Of a DNA stretch of 64,000 nucleotides, positions 39,898-53,074 are shown piece after piece. Position numbers and translations under genes: made by a program. Every line of letters starts with the position of its first letter. Positions within the stretch are counted from its first letter, which is position 1. The stretch is taken from contig CM022677.1 of assembly GCA_012295275.1 (NCBI GenBank), positions 20,274,001 through 20,338,000 on the forward strand, written 5' to 3'. Origin of the DNA: Chrysomallon squamiferum. Taxonomy: Eukaryota > Animalia > Mollusca. The notes beneath the pieces were generated by a model, which saw only the letters and a program-made list of their open reading frames with translations, was not told the origin of the DNA and did no database searches.

Positions 39898-40843
39898 ATG
39901 TCCCATAGACAAGCTAGTATGAATGGAGTAGTAATTGTTTTTATTTTAATTGTATACTTATACTGTCCAAGATATGTCACTGCAAGATGTCCAAAACAGT
40001 GCCACTGTACACGTTATGCTGGAACAGTCACTGTTACTTGTAAAGGTGTTCAGAATATCACCAGAGATTTTTTTAATAGCAGCATTCAAACTGTAAGAAC
40101 ATTGATATTAAATGGGAACAAAGGGATAATTTTTCATTCGGGGTGTTTTGATACAGTAAAAGAATCATTGATTATACTTCAGTTAAGGAACTGTGATTTG
40201 ATGACTGTACCTTCAGAAGTGTTTAGTTTGAGCAGGTTAAAATCATTAGACATTTCTGACAACCCGCTGAAATATCTCAACAAACAGACATTCAGAAGAG
40301 GACCCTGTTTGCAGGAGATTGATTTAAGTGGGACGCAGTTTCCATTAATAGAAGGAATTTTTTATGAACTGAGGTTATGTCTAGAAGTTATCAAACTAAA
40401 CCGACGGAGATTGTTAGAAATTCCCACAAAGATATTCAGGGGTTTAAAAACAGTTAAAAAACTTGTAATGAGATATGACAGAATAAAGCATGTACAGCCA
40501 CATGCTTTTGCTGGATTGCCACTAAAAAATATAGATTTATCTCACAACAGGATATCGAGGGTTAAAGCTGGAGCATTCAGTGATCTTGGTTTGGCTGTTT
40601 CACTTATAATGGAACATTCCTTGCTGCCACATCTCAGTTTTATTCTAGGATATGAAGGAGACAAATTTAATCAGATTGATGTGACAGGTTCTCAAAGCAT
40701 TATTTGTAACTGTGTCATCCAGCGTGTTCTTACTGTTCTGAATCCAGGGACATTGCTAGGAGGATGTAGATCAGATTCTGGGACAAGTATTAAGTTCAAT
40801 CAACATGATCCACTCAAGTTTAGAAACATCTTTAAGTGCGAGG
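39898..40843 (+). CDS. Gene C large exon: signal peptide + LRRNT + ~8 LRRs + LRRCT-like cap
   Basis: ORF with hydrophobic N-terminus, CPKQCHC..VTC cap, LRRs, SIICNC..PGTLLGGC..FKCEG|gtaagt; clearly homologous to A and B. Confidence 0.92.
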
Positions 40844-42475
40844 GTAAGTTTTTGCATTTCCTCAAATGTATTTTCTTACTTGATATAAAATGTATTGTGA
40901 ACACTTTTTATTTATTTATTTATTTATTCATTGTTTGTTTGTTTGCTCGCTTGCTTGTTTGTTTCTTATTGTGTTATTATTCTTATTTTTGTGGGTTTTT
41001 TTTTCTGGTCTTTCTTAATTAAAGTTATATGATGATATGACATAATAATATTTATTTTGTATAGTTTTAAGCTATGTTACATTTTTTTTGGTTAAATTAA
41101 TTAATTTTTTGGAATTTTTGTTTTCTGTTCTATCTTAATTAAAATGTATTTTTGGTGACATAGGCCAAATATGTTTTGAATACTTCCAAGTAATATTTAT
41201 TTTTTGTTTTTACTGTCCAATTTATACATAAAGTGTTCTTTTCTTTATATAAAGAAACAGACCAAATACATCCTGGTACTTCCAGATGATCATTTCTTAG
41301 TATTTTTTATGCTTTTTTTAATAATGAGGCATCATAAAAAAAGAGTAGAATTTAAAAATTATGTAAGTGCCACCATTACTGTGTCATTCTGTAGCTGTGT
41401 CCTTTCTTTTTCTATGTCTTGTTTCACACACACAGAGATTAAAAAAAACAACCCAAAACAAGAACATAGAAATAAATTTAAAAAATAAATAAATAAAAGA
41501 TTTAAAAAAAAAAAAAAAAAATGAAGGAAGAAAATGCAGTCCTTCATATATGTCCTCACAAGGTTGTTATCCTTTGAAATACTTTATTATTATTAAAAAT
41601 TGGGGTCCAGGCGATTCTTGCTTTGAAGAAATATTTCAACCTATTATTTACAGATTATGCTAAGTCTGGATGTGTTAGGGTGTAGTCTGGTGGTTAGAGC
41701 TGCAACATGATCTAAACTATTTCATTACCAAAATATGTTTCAGGTTTAGTAGACTGGTAATTGTGCAGTTCTGTTTCAAAATTTGAAGAGGATTATATTC
41801 CCACCACACCCACTATTTATTACCTAATCCAGTGATGTGCAAACTTTCTGATCTTATAGGCCACAGTTCTTTAACTTCACTAGTACTACAGTCACACAAA
41901 TTTCATTGTGATTACATAAAACCTGAAAGTGTAACATATGTGATTTTGCTTAATTTTCTAACATTGAACCTCTGTGACTTAAAATGCTGCATATAAATAA
42001 TGGGTGTATTTACATGTTTTCAGAACTGTAACATGATCTAAAATATTCAATTACAGAATAAAATACCTTTGGATCAAATGGGAGTTATGTTTTAGGTTTA
42101 TCAGGTCTATTTTAAAATTTGAAGAGGATTATATTCCCCCAAACACACTATTTATAAATTTTTCTGTTTAAACCTATTGGTCTCTCTCTATCTGTCTTTC
42201 AATTTATCTATCCTTCTGTCTATTTATATATCAGCCTAACTATACCTTTGTATTTAGCCACTGTTCTGTCATCTACCTACCTATCTGTCCATCAATCCAT
42301 CCATCTGTCCATCGATTTATCCATCTGTCTATCTATCCATCTGTATCTATCCATCTGTCTATCTCTCTGTATATTTACTTATCTTTCATTTAGTCTTTCT
42401 GTTAGTGTGCCTACCTTATCAGACTGTCTGTCACTGTTCACTTACCTGTCTGTGTGTCTGTTATTCTGTCTGCAG

Positions 42476-42574
42476 GTGAGAAGCTGTGTCACTTGAAGTG
42501 TGAAAATGGAGGACAGGCAGATTCAAGATGTTCTCAATGTGTTTGTAAAGGATACTGGAAGGGACCCACATGTG
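42476..42574 (+). CDS. Gene C EGF-like exon 1
   Basis: ctgcag|...|gtatgt, 99 bp: GEKLCHLKCENGGQADSRCSQCVCKGYWKGPTC. Confidence 0.88.
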
Positions 42575-42872
42575 GTATGTGCAGATTGATTCCATGTCTG
42601 TGTGTGTGTATGTGTGTGTGTGTATGTGTGTGTACATTGTGTATATATGAATGTGTGTGTGTGTGTGTATTCCATATAAGCTGTGTTCAAATGTGTGTGT
42701 GTGTGCGTGTGTGTGTTACAGTTACTGCAAAATTTTTTAAACACTAAAATCATTTTTTTTGATGTGTGGCTTAGAAAACATTTGAAAAACAATATTTATG
42801 TTATGGATTCTACAAAATAAGTTTATTGTATGTACTAAGCAAACACTAAAAAAAAAATGTGTTATATTTCAG

Positions 42873-42965
42873 ATATATGTGGCTTAGCATGTGAAAATGG
42901 GGGATCTCCATTTGCTGACTGTGAGGGGTGTCTGTGTCCCCCAGGCTGGGGTGGATCTACTTGTA
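42873..42965 (+). CDS. Gene C EGF-like exon 2
   Basis: tttcag|...|gtcaaa (weak donor), 93 bp: DICGLACENGGSPFADCEGCLCPPGWGGSTC. Confidence 0.8.
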
Positions 42966-42989
42966 GTCAAAGTATTCTTTTTTCTTTTC

Positions 42990-43047
<58 letters not shown>

Positions 43048-43807
43048 CTGAAACGACTACATTAATAGTACAAGTTTTCTCCACTTCTACTGGTACAACA
43101 GTTACCACATTATAAATGCCACAGTACTGCTATTAAACTGCAGCTACTATTACACTCTTACTACTACTACCAATACAGTTATCTACTACAACTGTTGTTT
43201 CTACTACCACACTGTACTATTACACCACTGCTAGAAGTACACTACTACTATTACTTCAACTCACTGTATTAATGATATAGTAAGAGGTCATCATTTGTAA
43301 TCATCAGCTCATATAAATGTAACTTCATGATGATGATAATTTAAAAAACAACAACAAAGCAACAGTGACAACAACAGTAGCAGATATGGAAATATGTACA
43401 AAAGTAGCCAATGATAGGAGAAGTAACAAATAGTAAAACTAACACTGATAAAGACAAATATGATGATTTGTGATATTTATAACAATGATGATTATGGTAA
43501 TTATGATGATGACTAATGATTATAATGAAAATAACGATTATGATAAAGCATTAGTGACAATTGTGGCAATTATAATGATGGATAATAATGATTATGATAA
43601 TTAACAATAATAATAATGATGATTTTGATAAGTAAAGTGTTAATAATAATGATTGTGAAAATTATTGTAACAACCACTGAAAATTATAACGATAATAATA
43701 ATGATTATGAAAATTAGTATTCTTAATAATGATGAATTTGATGATTAAAGCTGTTAATAATTATTATGATAATTATAAAGATCATTGTAATGATAAATAA
43801 ATTTCAG

Positions 43808-43897
43808 GAAAGTGTTACCACCAGTGCTCTGAGTTTGAACGTAATTCTGTGTGCAGTAAGTGTGTCTGCGAGGGGCTGTGGAATGGAAACAGTTGTG
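43808..43897 (+). CDS. Gene C EGF-like exon 3
   Basis: tttcag|...|gtaagc, 90 bp: xKCYHQCSEFERNSVCSKCVCEGLWNGNSC. Confidence 0.86.
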
Positions 43898-44085
43898 GTA
43901 AGCATTATTACATGCTTGTGTAATTACCATAGAGAGTGAGTGAATCTTTTGTCTCCACTCCCCCGGCTATTTTAGCCTTGAGATTACAACCAGTGGAAAC
44001 ATGTTAGGAAACATCTTTTTATCTTATCTGATGTTTTTTTTTTTTTTTTTTTTTTTTTATTTTAAAATTTTATTTTATTTTATAG

Positions 44086-44166
44086 AAGGTTGTGATTTAA
44101 AATGTCCAAGTAGTTCCAGTTACTGTGGGTGTAAATGTCAGGGCAGATGGCCTAGACACAGTTGTG
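44086..44166 (+). CDS. Gene C EGF-like exon 4 (short variant)
   Basis: ttatag|...|gtaagg, 81 bp: EGCDLKCPSSSSYCGCKCQGRWPRHSC. Confidence 0.83.
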
Positions 44167-44409
44167 GTAAGGTTTTGTACATTTTTTTTTATAACCAATT
44201 AAACTAACACACACACACACACAGACACACACACAGACACACACACAAATGCACATAATATACACACACAAATGCACATAATATACACACATCCAAAAAA
44301 CAAAAAAAAACAAAAAAAAAAAAAGGACGAAAAATAAATCTTCACAAAGTTGTTATCATTTGAAATACTTTATTATTGTTGAAAAGTGGGGTCCAGTGAA
44401 CAAACACAC

Positions 44410-44496
<87 letters not shown>

Positions 44497-45025
44497 TTTA
44501 TATTAAAACCTAGATACAGTGCTATTTACATTAATGCTGTAGATAGTGCTAGCATTAATCCTTGTACTGGTACTAATACTAATAGAACACTAACATTGGT
44601 TATACTAATACTAGAATTCACACTAGTTGTAGTATTCATACTAATATTAGTACTAATGCCAACCATGTATTACATCACTACAGGAATAAAAAGGAAGACA
44701 AAAGGAGAAACTGATATCAGTACTAGAGTAAAGAGAAGTAAGTCTGGTTTTCACAAGTGTATAAAATAATAAACAATTTTCACAAATGTATAATAAGTAA
44801 TTTTCACAAGTGTATAATAAGTAATTTTCACAAATGTATAATATTACATAATATGTAATTTTTGCGAGTGTATGCGATAATAAGTAATTTTCACAAATTA
44901 TTCATAGCTATTGTCATTATTTTGTTGTTGTTGTTGTCTTTGTTATTGTCATTTTCTTGTTGCTAGTGTTTTTGTTATTTTTGTCATCATTATAATAATT
45001 ATTATTATTATTATTATTATTACAG

Positions 45026-45115
45026 GCTGTTCAATAAAATGCAATTATGGAGCAAAGCCTAGTGCAGATTGTACAAAATGTATGTGTTCATTTTACTTGT
45101 CTGGAAGGTATTGTG
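45026..45115 (+). CDS. Gene C EGF-like exon 5
   Basis: ttacag|...|gtatgt, 90 bp: GCSIKCNYGAKPSADCTKCMCSFYLSGRYC. Confidence 0.86.
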
Positions 45116-45539
45116 GTATGTTTGACTTTAATCTTTATCAACACATGCATGCAAACACACACAGACACACACATATAAGCACAAAATGTAGACAAATGCG
45201 TACACATAGAAACATGTAAAAGAAATTAAACAGAGACTTAAACACAAAGACACACAGATAGACACATTGACACGTTTAGATCTTGAAATTTAGATCAGGA
45301 GAACTGGCAAATGAGCTACTTGGATGTGTGTGGAAAGGGGAGAGATAGAGATAAGGAGAGATTGATATATATATATTTAAAATTTGAGAGAGAGAGAAAG
45401 AGACAGACAGAGATTTTTTTATGTGTGTGCGGAGAGGAAGAGATACAAATAAAACCGATAGATAAACAAAAATGAATTGATTTGCAAAAATATAAATATC
45501 AATTATTATTAATATTTTTCGTAACACCTGTTTTTGCAG

Positions 45540-45638
45540 AATTTTGCAATCTGGGCTGTCGTAATGGTGGCGCTGCTAACAGTATCTGTACCAGGTGTCT
45601 GTGTACTGCACTTTTCGTGGGACCACGCTGCAAGGGGA
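45540..45638 (+). CDS. Gene C EGF-like exon 6
   Basis: ttgcag|...|gtaggt, 99 bp: EFCNLGCRNGGAANSICTRCLCTALFVGPRCKG. Confidence 0.84.
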
Positions 45639-45715
45639 GTAGGTTCATTTAGTTTCATTCCATCTCATGTCTGTGCATGAACTGGGCGAATGTCTGCAAA
45701 TCCTTTTTAATAACC

Positions 45716-45957
45716 CTGAACACCCAAATGTCCACTGTTATTTTACAGTAATGCTTGAACACCCAAATGTCCACTGTTATTTTACAGTAATGCTTGAACA
45801 CCCAAATGTCCACTGTTATTTTACAGTAATGCTTGAACACCCAAATGTCCACTGTTATTTTACAATAATGCTTGAACACCCAAATGTCCACTGTTATTTT
45901 ACAATAATGCTTGAACACCCAAATGTCCACTGTTATTTTACAATAATGCTTGAACAC
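45716..45957. repeat. 39 bp minisatellite (tgaacacccaaatgtccactgttattttacagtaatgct)
   Basis: 6 near-identical copies. Confidence 0.92.
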
Positions 45958-46834
45958 TCATCTTCTGTTTTAAACATACAGGAATTTACCCCATTTTTGA
46001 TTTTTACTCTCCATTATCAGCCATCTATGAGAGCTTTAGGTGGCAGATTCTGAAGGAAATGTATAAGATTAACCCATAAATCACCATCAGCTGGTTTTGT
46101 CTATGATCATAAAGTCTGTAACTCTCCAATCAGCTGTATACTTTATTAATAAAAAATGTGTGTATCTATATATATATATATATAAATATAAAATCTTTTT
46201 TCTTTTGCATTATTATTTTTTTTTTAAAACTTCAGAGAAAAATCAACATGGCATGACTAAAAATATTCTTTCAGTTATTTTATAAATAAAAAAAAATTAC
46301 CTAAATTCATAAAAAAAACCCAAATACCTTCATCTCCATTCATTTGCAAATATTTTTTTTTTTTTTGTTAAGCAACACACAAGTTTTGTATTGATTCCCT
46401 GATATGACTGACTTCAAAATGAATGTCTGTCATGCATTTCCTAGAGAAAGAGTTAATGACACGAATACTGGTTCCTCAATGAAAGTTATATTTTCATTAA
46501 TATTAACAAGCGTGTCGTATAATTATAATAAAGAGGCCTTGTAACTCAGCATATGTCTTGTTATTCTCCAAGACAACTAACTGAGCAGGTACAGATGGGA
46601 AACTTAATACAGCACCCAGTTGGGCTTGATGAGTTTGTTGATATCATTTGTTTCCCTTTCGTCTCTGACTAAAATTACTTCTATAAATACATACACATAT
46701 AGAATACAAACCAATATATATATATATAATTTAAAAAAATATATATATATTATTATTAATTTTTTTTTTTTTTTTAAACTTATGTATGAATCAGATTCAT
46801 TTTTCTCCATTTTATATATTTTTATATTTACTTT

Positions 46835-46888
<54 letters not shown>

Positions 46889-46908
46889 ATGTTTTTGTTT
46901 TTTTACAG

Positions 46909-47001
46909 AGTCTTGTAAATTGGTATGCAAGTCTGGTTCTTCATTTGATCTCAAGTGTACTAAATGTAACTGTTTAGGAAAATGGAGTGGACTACACTGT
47001 G
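46909..47001 (+). CDS. Gene C EGF-like exon 7
   Basis: ttacag|...|gtaaat, 93 bp: xSCKLVCKSGSSFDLKCTKCNCLGKWSGLHC. Confidence 0.87.
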
Positions 47002-47161
47002 GTAAATAATATATTTCATTTACTTATCTGTTTATTTGTTGGTTTATTTATTGCCATATTTATATATCTATTTATTTATTTTGTTTGTTTGCTTGAATGA
47101 TTACTTACATAATATTTATTTTATTTGACTATTAGTTACTTATCTGATTGTTTGTTTATTG

Positions 47162-47208
<47 letters not shown>

Positions 47209-47429
47209 TTAATTAATTAATTAATTAGGTTTCATGTATTAAAACTGTAGGATGTCAAAGTTGAATTTCACAGACTTAAAGCTCTCAGAATAATAATACA
47301 ATATTTTCATCTCACAATTTGTTCTTCCCCTCACCAAGTTTGTACATAACTGCCATCCTGAATATTTATATTTTAATATACATGTTTATGCCATGTCATA
47401 AACCTTTCAGCAACTACATTATTTTTGCT

Positions 47430-47822
47430 CGTGTTACAGATGAATGTAGTGACATGAATTGTCTGACTAGTACATTATATTTTAACAGATAGCTGTAGAG
47501 TGACATGTCATCAACTGTCTAACTAGTACATTATATTTTAACAGATGACTGTAGAGTGACTTGTCATAAACTGTCTAACTATACATTATATTTTAACAGA
47601 TGACTGTAGTGTGACATGTCATAAACTGTCTAACTATACATTATATTTTAACAGATGACTGTAGAGTGACATGTCATAAACTGTCTAACTAGTAAATTAT
47701 ATTTTAACAGATGACTGTAGAGTGACATGTCATAAACTGTCTAACTAGTACATTATATTTTAACAGATGACTGTAGAGTGACATGTCATAAACTGTCTAA
47801 CTAGTACATTATATTTTAACAG
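47430..47822 (+). repeat. 56 bp minisatellite made of the exon-8 acceptor + exon start
   Basis: About 7 copies of ttatattttaacag|ATGACTGTAGAGTGACATGT.. vs real ttatattttaacag|ATAGCTGTACTCTGACATGT. Confidence 0.9.
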
Positions 47823-47912
47823 ATAGCTGTACTCTGACATGTTCTTCACCGAAAATACTGACAATAGAGTGCACTTGTGGATGTAAGCTATTTTATACTG
47901 GAAGCAACTGTC
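47823..47912 (+). CDS. Gene C EGF-like exon 8
   Basis: taacag|...|gtaagt, 90 bp: DSCTLTCSSPKILTIECTCGCKLFYTGSNC. Confidence 0.83.
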
Positions 47913-48428
47913 GTAAGTATTTGCAGTTTGTTAACTATACAAACAAAACAATAACTAGATTTGATGATAATGATGCTAATGATTATGTAGGTAGTTTTAT
48001 AGTAGAAATAACTGGTAACTATTTGCAGTTTGTGAATAATGTAGACAAAACAACAACTTGATTTCATGATGATGTTGATGATGATGATGATGAAACAACA
48101 ACAGCAAAAAGGAAAAATAAAAAATTAGCTATAAATAATGTAATGTAATGTAAGAGAATGTAATGTAATGCAAAGTAAGACAATGTAATGTAATGTGATG
48201 TAATGCAATGTAATGTAATGTAAAGTAAGACAATGTAATGTAATGTAATGTAATGTAATGTAATGCAATGTAATGTAATGTGATACAGTGTCAAATATTA
48301 GAACATGCATAATGGAATGCAATACAGGGCAGTGCAATACAATACAATACAATACAAAGCAATTCAGTGTAATGTAATGAGGTATAGTCTAATGTAAAAT
48401 GATATAATGATTATATGTCTGTGTTTAG

Positions 48429-48521
48429 AGACCTGTGGACTAAAATGTCAGAATGGGGGAAGTGCAGATTCAAGATGCACACAGTGTGTCTGTAAAGGAT
48501 TCTGGTATGGAAAAGCATGTG
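48429..48521 (+). CDS. Gene C EGF-like exon 9
   Basis: gtttag|...|gtatgt, 93 bp: xTCGLKCQNGGSADSRCTQCVCKGFWYGKAC. Confidence 0.88.
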
Positions 48522-48814
48522 GTATGTAACGTCTTGTATGCATGAACCCCCATGTAAATGGAAATCCCCCATGTGTGCATTATATCTTGTTTATATTTGT
48601 TTCTGTATACATGTGTGTATATGTATTCACACAAACAGACACACAGACAGACACAGACACACACATATACAAACACACATACACAGAGACACATACACAC
48701 AGACACATGCACATGCAGACACACACACACACACACATGCGCGAATACAGAAAAGATATCGGGTTTTTGTCAGTAAAGAGTGGTTATATTTGTTTGTTTG
48801 TTTTTTTTTCCCAG

Positions 48815-48916
48815 AAAAATGTGATCTCAGGAGCTGCAACAATCGTGGAACTCCCAACATGGCGACTTGCCAGTGTCAGTGCAGATCTGGCTATACTGGA
48901 CCCTTGTGCAAATTTA
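48815..48916 (+). CDS. Gene C EGF-like exon 10
   Basis: tcccag|...|gtatgt, 102 bp: EKCDLRSCNNRGTPNMATCQCQCRSGYTGPLCKF. Confidence 0.85.
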
Positions 48917-50124
48917 GTATGTTTCATTATCCTTTCACTTCTTTACTACCATGTCTACCACTACTACAACCACTACTACAACGACCACACTGGTCCTTTA
49001 TGCAACCATAATACATTTACATAATTTAGTACATGTTTGTTTATTCCTTTATTTCTTTATTATTACTATGACTACCACTTCAACTACTACTACTACCACA
49101 ACAATGACCACACTGGTCCTTTATGCAAATATAATATATTTACTTAATTTAGTACATGTTTATTTGTTCCTTTATTTCTTTATTATTACTACTACTACTA
49201 CCACTTCTTTACAACTACTACCATAAGTTCAGCTACTACTACTACTACTACTACTGCTGCTGCTGCTACCACAGTAGTCACTTCAACTACTACTACCATA
49301 ATTGTTTCCACTTTCTATTTCTACTCTTAATATGACAGCAAGTACTACTACCACTACTGTTGTTGCTACACTACTACAACTACTTCTTCTAGTTCTGTTA
49401 CTACTACAACCACTTCAGCTACTACCACTGCTGCCACTACTATGCTTCCTAATGCTTTTTCTACTTCTACTACTACTAATGCTACTACATCACTATTTTT
49501 ACCACTGCTTTTTCTGCTTTTACTACCACTGTGAATCCACTAGCACTATTTTTCCTCTTCCTTCATACATTTCTACAACTACAACAACTACTACTGCTAC
49601 AACCACCATTACAGCTGCTATGAACACTTCAACTACTACAACTACCACCCTCCTTTTTCCACTTACACTTGTGCTGCCTCTTCCTACTCTTACAATCACT
49701 TCAACTACAACTACCATTTTTGCAACCACTTTGTCTGTTTCTACTAGAACGACAACTACAACCACAACCTCAATTATTACTGCTGCTACTACTGTTACTT
49801 ATACTACTACTACTACTGCTACTACTACTACTACTACCTCTTCTACAGGTTTTGGTACAACTACAATTTTCACAACAACAACTACTACTACTACTATAAC
49901 TGCTATTTCTGCACTACTGGTATCATTATTTCTGCCACCACTATTACTACCATTGTTGTTGCTGCTGTTACTGCTGCTGCTGTTGCTTTCTATTATCATT
50001 ATCATTGCTACTACTGCTACTACACACACACACACACACACACACATGTAGATAGATAGATAGATAGATCAGTCTATATCTGTATATGTATTTATTATTG
50101 TACTGACTTTTATTTTTTGAGCAG

Positions 50125-50316
50125 CAGGAGGAGGTGGATGGGATGGAGGAGGAACAAAAGGAGGTGGGGGAGGAACAAAAGGAGGTGGAGGAGGAACAAA
50201 AGGAGGTGGGGGAGGAACAAAAGGAGGGTGCACCCTCAGTTGTAAAAATGGTGGACGTCCCAATCCTCAATGCACTAGCTGTGTGTGTGTTGGATCGTGG
50301 AAAGGGGTCACTTGTG
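50125..50316 (+). CDS. Gene C exon 11: Gly-rich (GGGGGTK)n linker + EGF-like module
   Basis: NAGNAG acceptor gagcagcag; 192 bp: GGGGWDGGGTK(GGGGGTK)3GGCTLSCKNGGRPNPQCTSCVCVGSWKGVTC|gtaaac. Confidence 0.85.
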
Positions 50317-50333
50317 GTAAACAAAATACAAAA

Positions 50334-50364
<31 letters not shown>

Positions 50365-51700
50365 AATATATATATATATACACATATATGGTTTTCTTTT
50401 CCATTTTTTTAATTTTTTCTTTTTAATCTAAACGTTATTGCGTAGTGTAACAATTACTTGGATGCAAGCAGACGTCATAACATCACAGGTGTGAAAAATA
50501 ATAATCTTTTTTTTTTTTTTTTTAAAAATTTGATTAAAAAAAGTTGTTTTTAAAAAAAAAAAAAAAAATAAGAAAAATGTTTTATAAGACAGGTTTAAGA
50601 TGGAATATCTGTTTTTCACCTGTGGAGCAGCTGTGGAACTGGAAATCACGTGAGGCTGGATGACACAGGTTCAGTATTGGGCTCGGGACCATGAAGTAAT
50701 GTCTCTTTGCTAAACTTTGTCTAACACTTGTCTTCACTTTAGCGCAGGTATGTGTTACCATGGAGATAGAGCTAGGTCTAAGCACTTGTTGCCATGGAGA
50801 CTGAAGGAACCTTGTCACAGAGGTGGGCTTATTTCCAGCCAATAAGAAGCTGAGCTGAGAGTGTTGCTGTCATGGAGACAGAACTGTTCCTAACTACAGT
50901 CATTCTTACAGTTTTCATTCAGCCATATTTGTCTTTCTTATTGTTTTTTTTTTACTTTATGTTTTTGATCTCTCTATGTATATGTGTGTATGTATGTATA
51001 GATATGTATGTATGTATTTGTGTATGTATATTTGTATAAATGTTAGAAGTCTGATTGTAGCTCTGGTGACCTAATGAATTTAGTTCAGTGTTGTGTAGTG
51101 GATATGTGGAAAACTTATCTTCAAATTAACACAAATAACTTACTAACACAATTTCATCGTTACGAAGGTATATTAAGTATGAAATAATTAACATGTAAAA
51201 TTTCATCTTTATGAAGATGAATTAAAAGTGAATAATTGATCTGTGGAAATGCATCTTTATGAAGTTAAATTGATTGTAAACAATCTGTTTCGACCATTAA
51301 CTAAACCATTTGCACCATAATGTCAATGATGTCACATCTGTTCAAGGCATCGTACCTAAGTTATCAGTATTCTTTATCTGTCTCAAAGGTATATATTAGT
51401 TTAGATATATTTCTTATTTTTTTAGCTGTAGATTTACATGTGATGTGTACAAAACTATACTTGTACTGTTTGTTGTAAGGAAGGATTTATAATTATCCAA
51501 TTTATTTTTTATCTACCGTCTCATATTTCAAAAAAAAAAAAAAATATATCTTTTTTTTTTTTTTAACTGTTTGTCAACAGATAATATTAATAAATTGATT
51601 TATGTTATTTAGGGTCTCATGCCTTTGATAAAAAAACATTTTTTTTTTTTTTTTTTTTTTTTTTTGTAACATTAATAAACTGGTTGTTTGTTTTGTTCAG

Positions 51701-51796
51701 ATAAATGTTACTTGACCTGTCAACATAAAGGCAAACCAAACAATTTCTGTAACATGTGTGTAAACTGTGATGGGTACTGGACAGGCGTACACTGTG
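51701..51796 (+). CDS. Gene C EGF-like exon 12
   Basis: gttcag|...|gtaagt, 96 bp: DKCYLTCQHKGKPNNFCNMCVNCDGYWTGVHC. Confidence 0.88.
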
Positions 51797-52030
51797 GTAA
51801 GTAACATTCTGTAACATGCACTATGTAACAGTTTTATTATTGGTTTCATTGTTATTATTATTATTACTACTACTACTACTACTACTACTACTATTATTGT
51901 TGTTATTATTATTATTGTTATTTGTTTCATTATTATTATTATTATTATTATCATTATTATTATCATCGTTATTAGTATTATCTTTATTATTATTAATATT
52001 ATTATTATTATTATCATTTTTTTTAAATTA

Positions 52031-52081
<51 letters not shown>

Positions 52082-52250
52082 ATATATACTTATGTGTCTG
52101 GTTTGTAAATAAACTAAAAAGTTTTAAAAATAATTTATTCTTTTTTTTACTAGTTGTCATATTGATCAAATATTACATTCAGTGGTTTTTACCAGTTACA
52201 CTAAACTGAGTATAATTTGATCTATATACATTTTTTGTAATGATATTTTT

Positions 52251-52297
<47 letters not shown>

Positions 52298-52405
52298 TAC
52301 ATAATAATATTTCTATATATATGAATTTGTGTCTACATTTATGCTTTGTTTACGACATTCAAAAACAGATTATTATTATTTTTTTTAATATTTTTTTTTA
52401 TTTAG

Positions 52406-52498
52406 AACGTTGCAATATTCCTTGTCCACATGGAAGCCAGGACCCTGGTTGCCACAAATGTATTAACTGTCACAAAAACTGGGGCGGATACATGTGTG
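52406..52498 (+). CDS. Gene C EGF-like exon 13
   Basis: atttag|...|gtaaga, 93 bp: ERCNIPCPHGSQDPGCHKCINCHKNWGGYMC. Confidence 0.88.
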
Positions 52499-52804
52499 GT
52501 AAGAACCATTTTAATTTATTGTGTGGTAAAACCATTTATTACATAGTTAAAAACCAGTTATTAAGTGGTTAAAAACCATTTCGTAGATATTTTAAGTTGC
52601 TGTGTAAAATCATTCTTATTTAACCAAATTTAAGTAAAGGAATTGTTGTGAAAATCAGTAACAAAAATTCACTGACACTGTTTCAGAAAGGTTTCCTTGT
52701 AATTAGAGAGAGAGAGAGAAAAAAAATCAGTATTCATTTCTATGGATTCCATATTAAATTATCTCCAAACTGTTTCTACCTTAAGAATAATTAATTTGAT
52801 GAAG

Positions 52805-52871
<67 letters not shown>

Positions 52872-53074
52872 TAATAATAATAAAAAAGTAATAATATGAA
52901 AAAGAAATATCCAGTAATATGTTTATATACAGACATTCATAAATACATGTATAATATTTGTGTACATAGATGTCTTTATCTGTAAGTAAAATGTATTTAG
53001 TGTGGGGTTTTTTTTCATGATAAGCAGGATTAAATGTGTTTTTTTTTTTTTTTGTGTTTTTTAATTTCATTTAG

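Noticed and set aside
40844-41022. Hydrophobic C-terminal extension of the gene C ORF as a TM segment
   Set aside because: It lies past a perfect G|gtaagt donor homologous to gene B's and is encoded by T-rich (TTTA/TTTG)n intron sequence; it would matter only if the intron is retained
45655-46053. ORFs on both strands across the 39 bp repeat, and its ttttacag motif as an acceptor array
   Set aside because: Unit length divisible by 3 explains the ORFs; the unit does not resemble an adjacent exon start
49302-50051. Thr-rich ORF as a possible mucin-stalk exon (also 53579-54049)
   Set aside because: Degenerate (ACT)n microsatellite with mixed Leu/Thr runs and no clean phase-1 splice sites; the 53579 ORF is not in the exon-15 frame. 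Cannot be fully excluded without RNA data
50446-51150. Possible solo LTR (TGTAAC...ACA, higher-complexity intronic block)
   Set aside because: No matching target-site duplication, PBS or PPT seen; may be some repeat but cannot be classified
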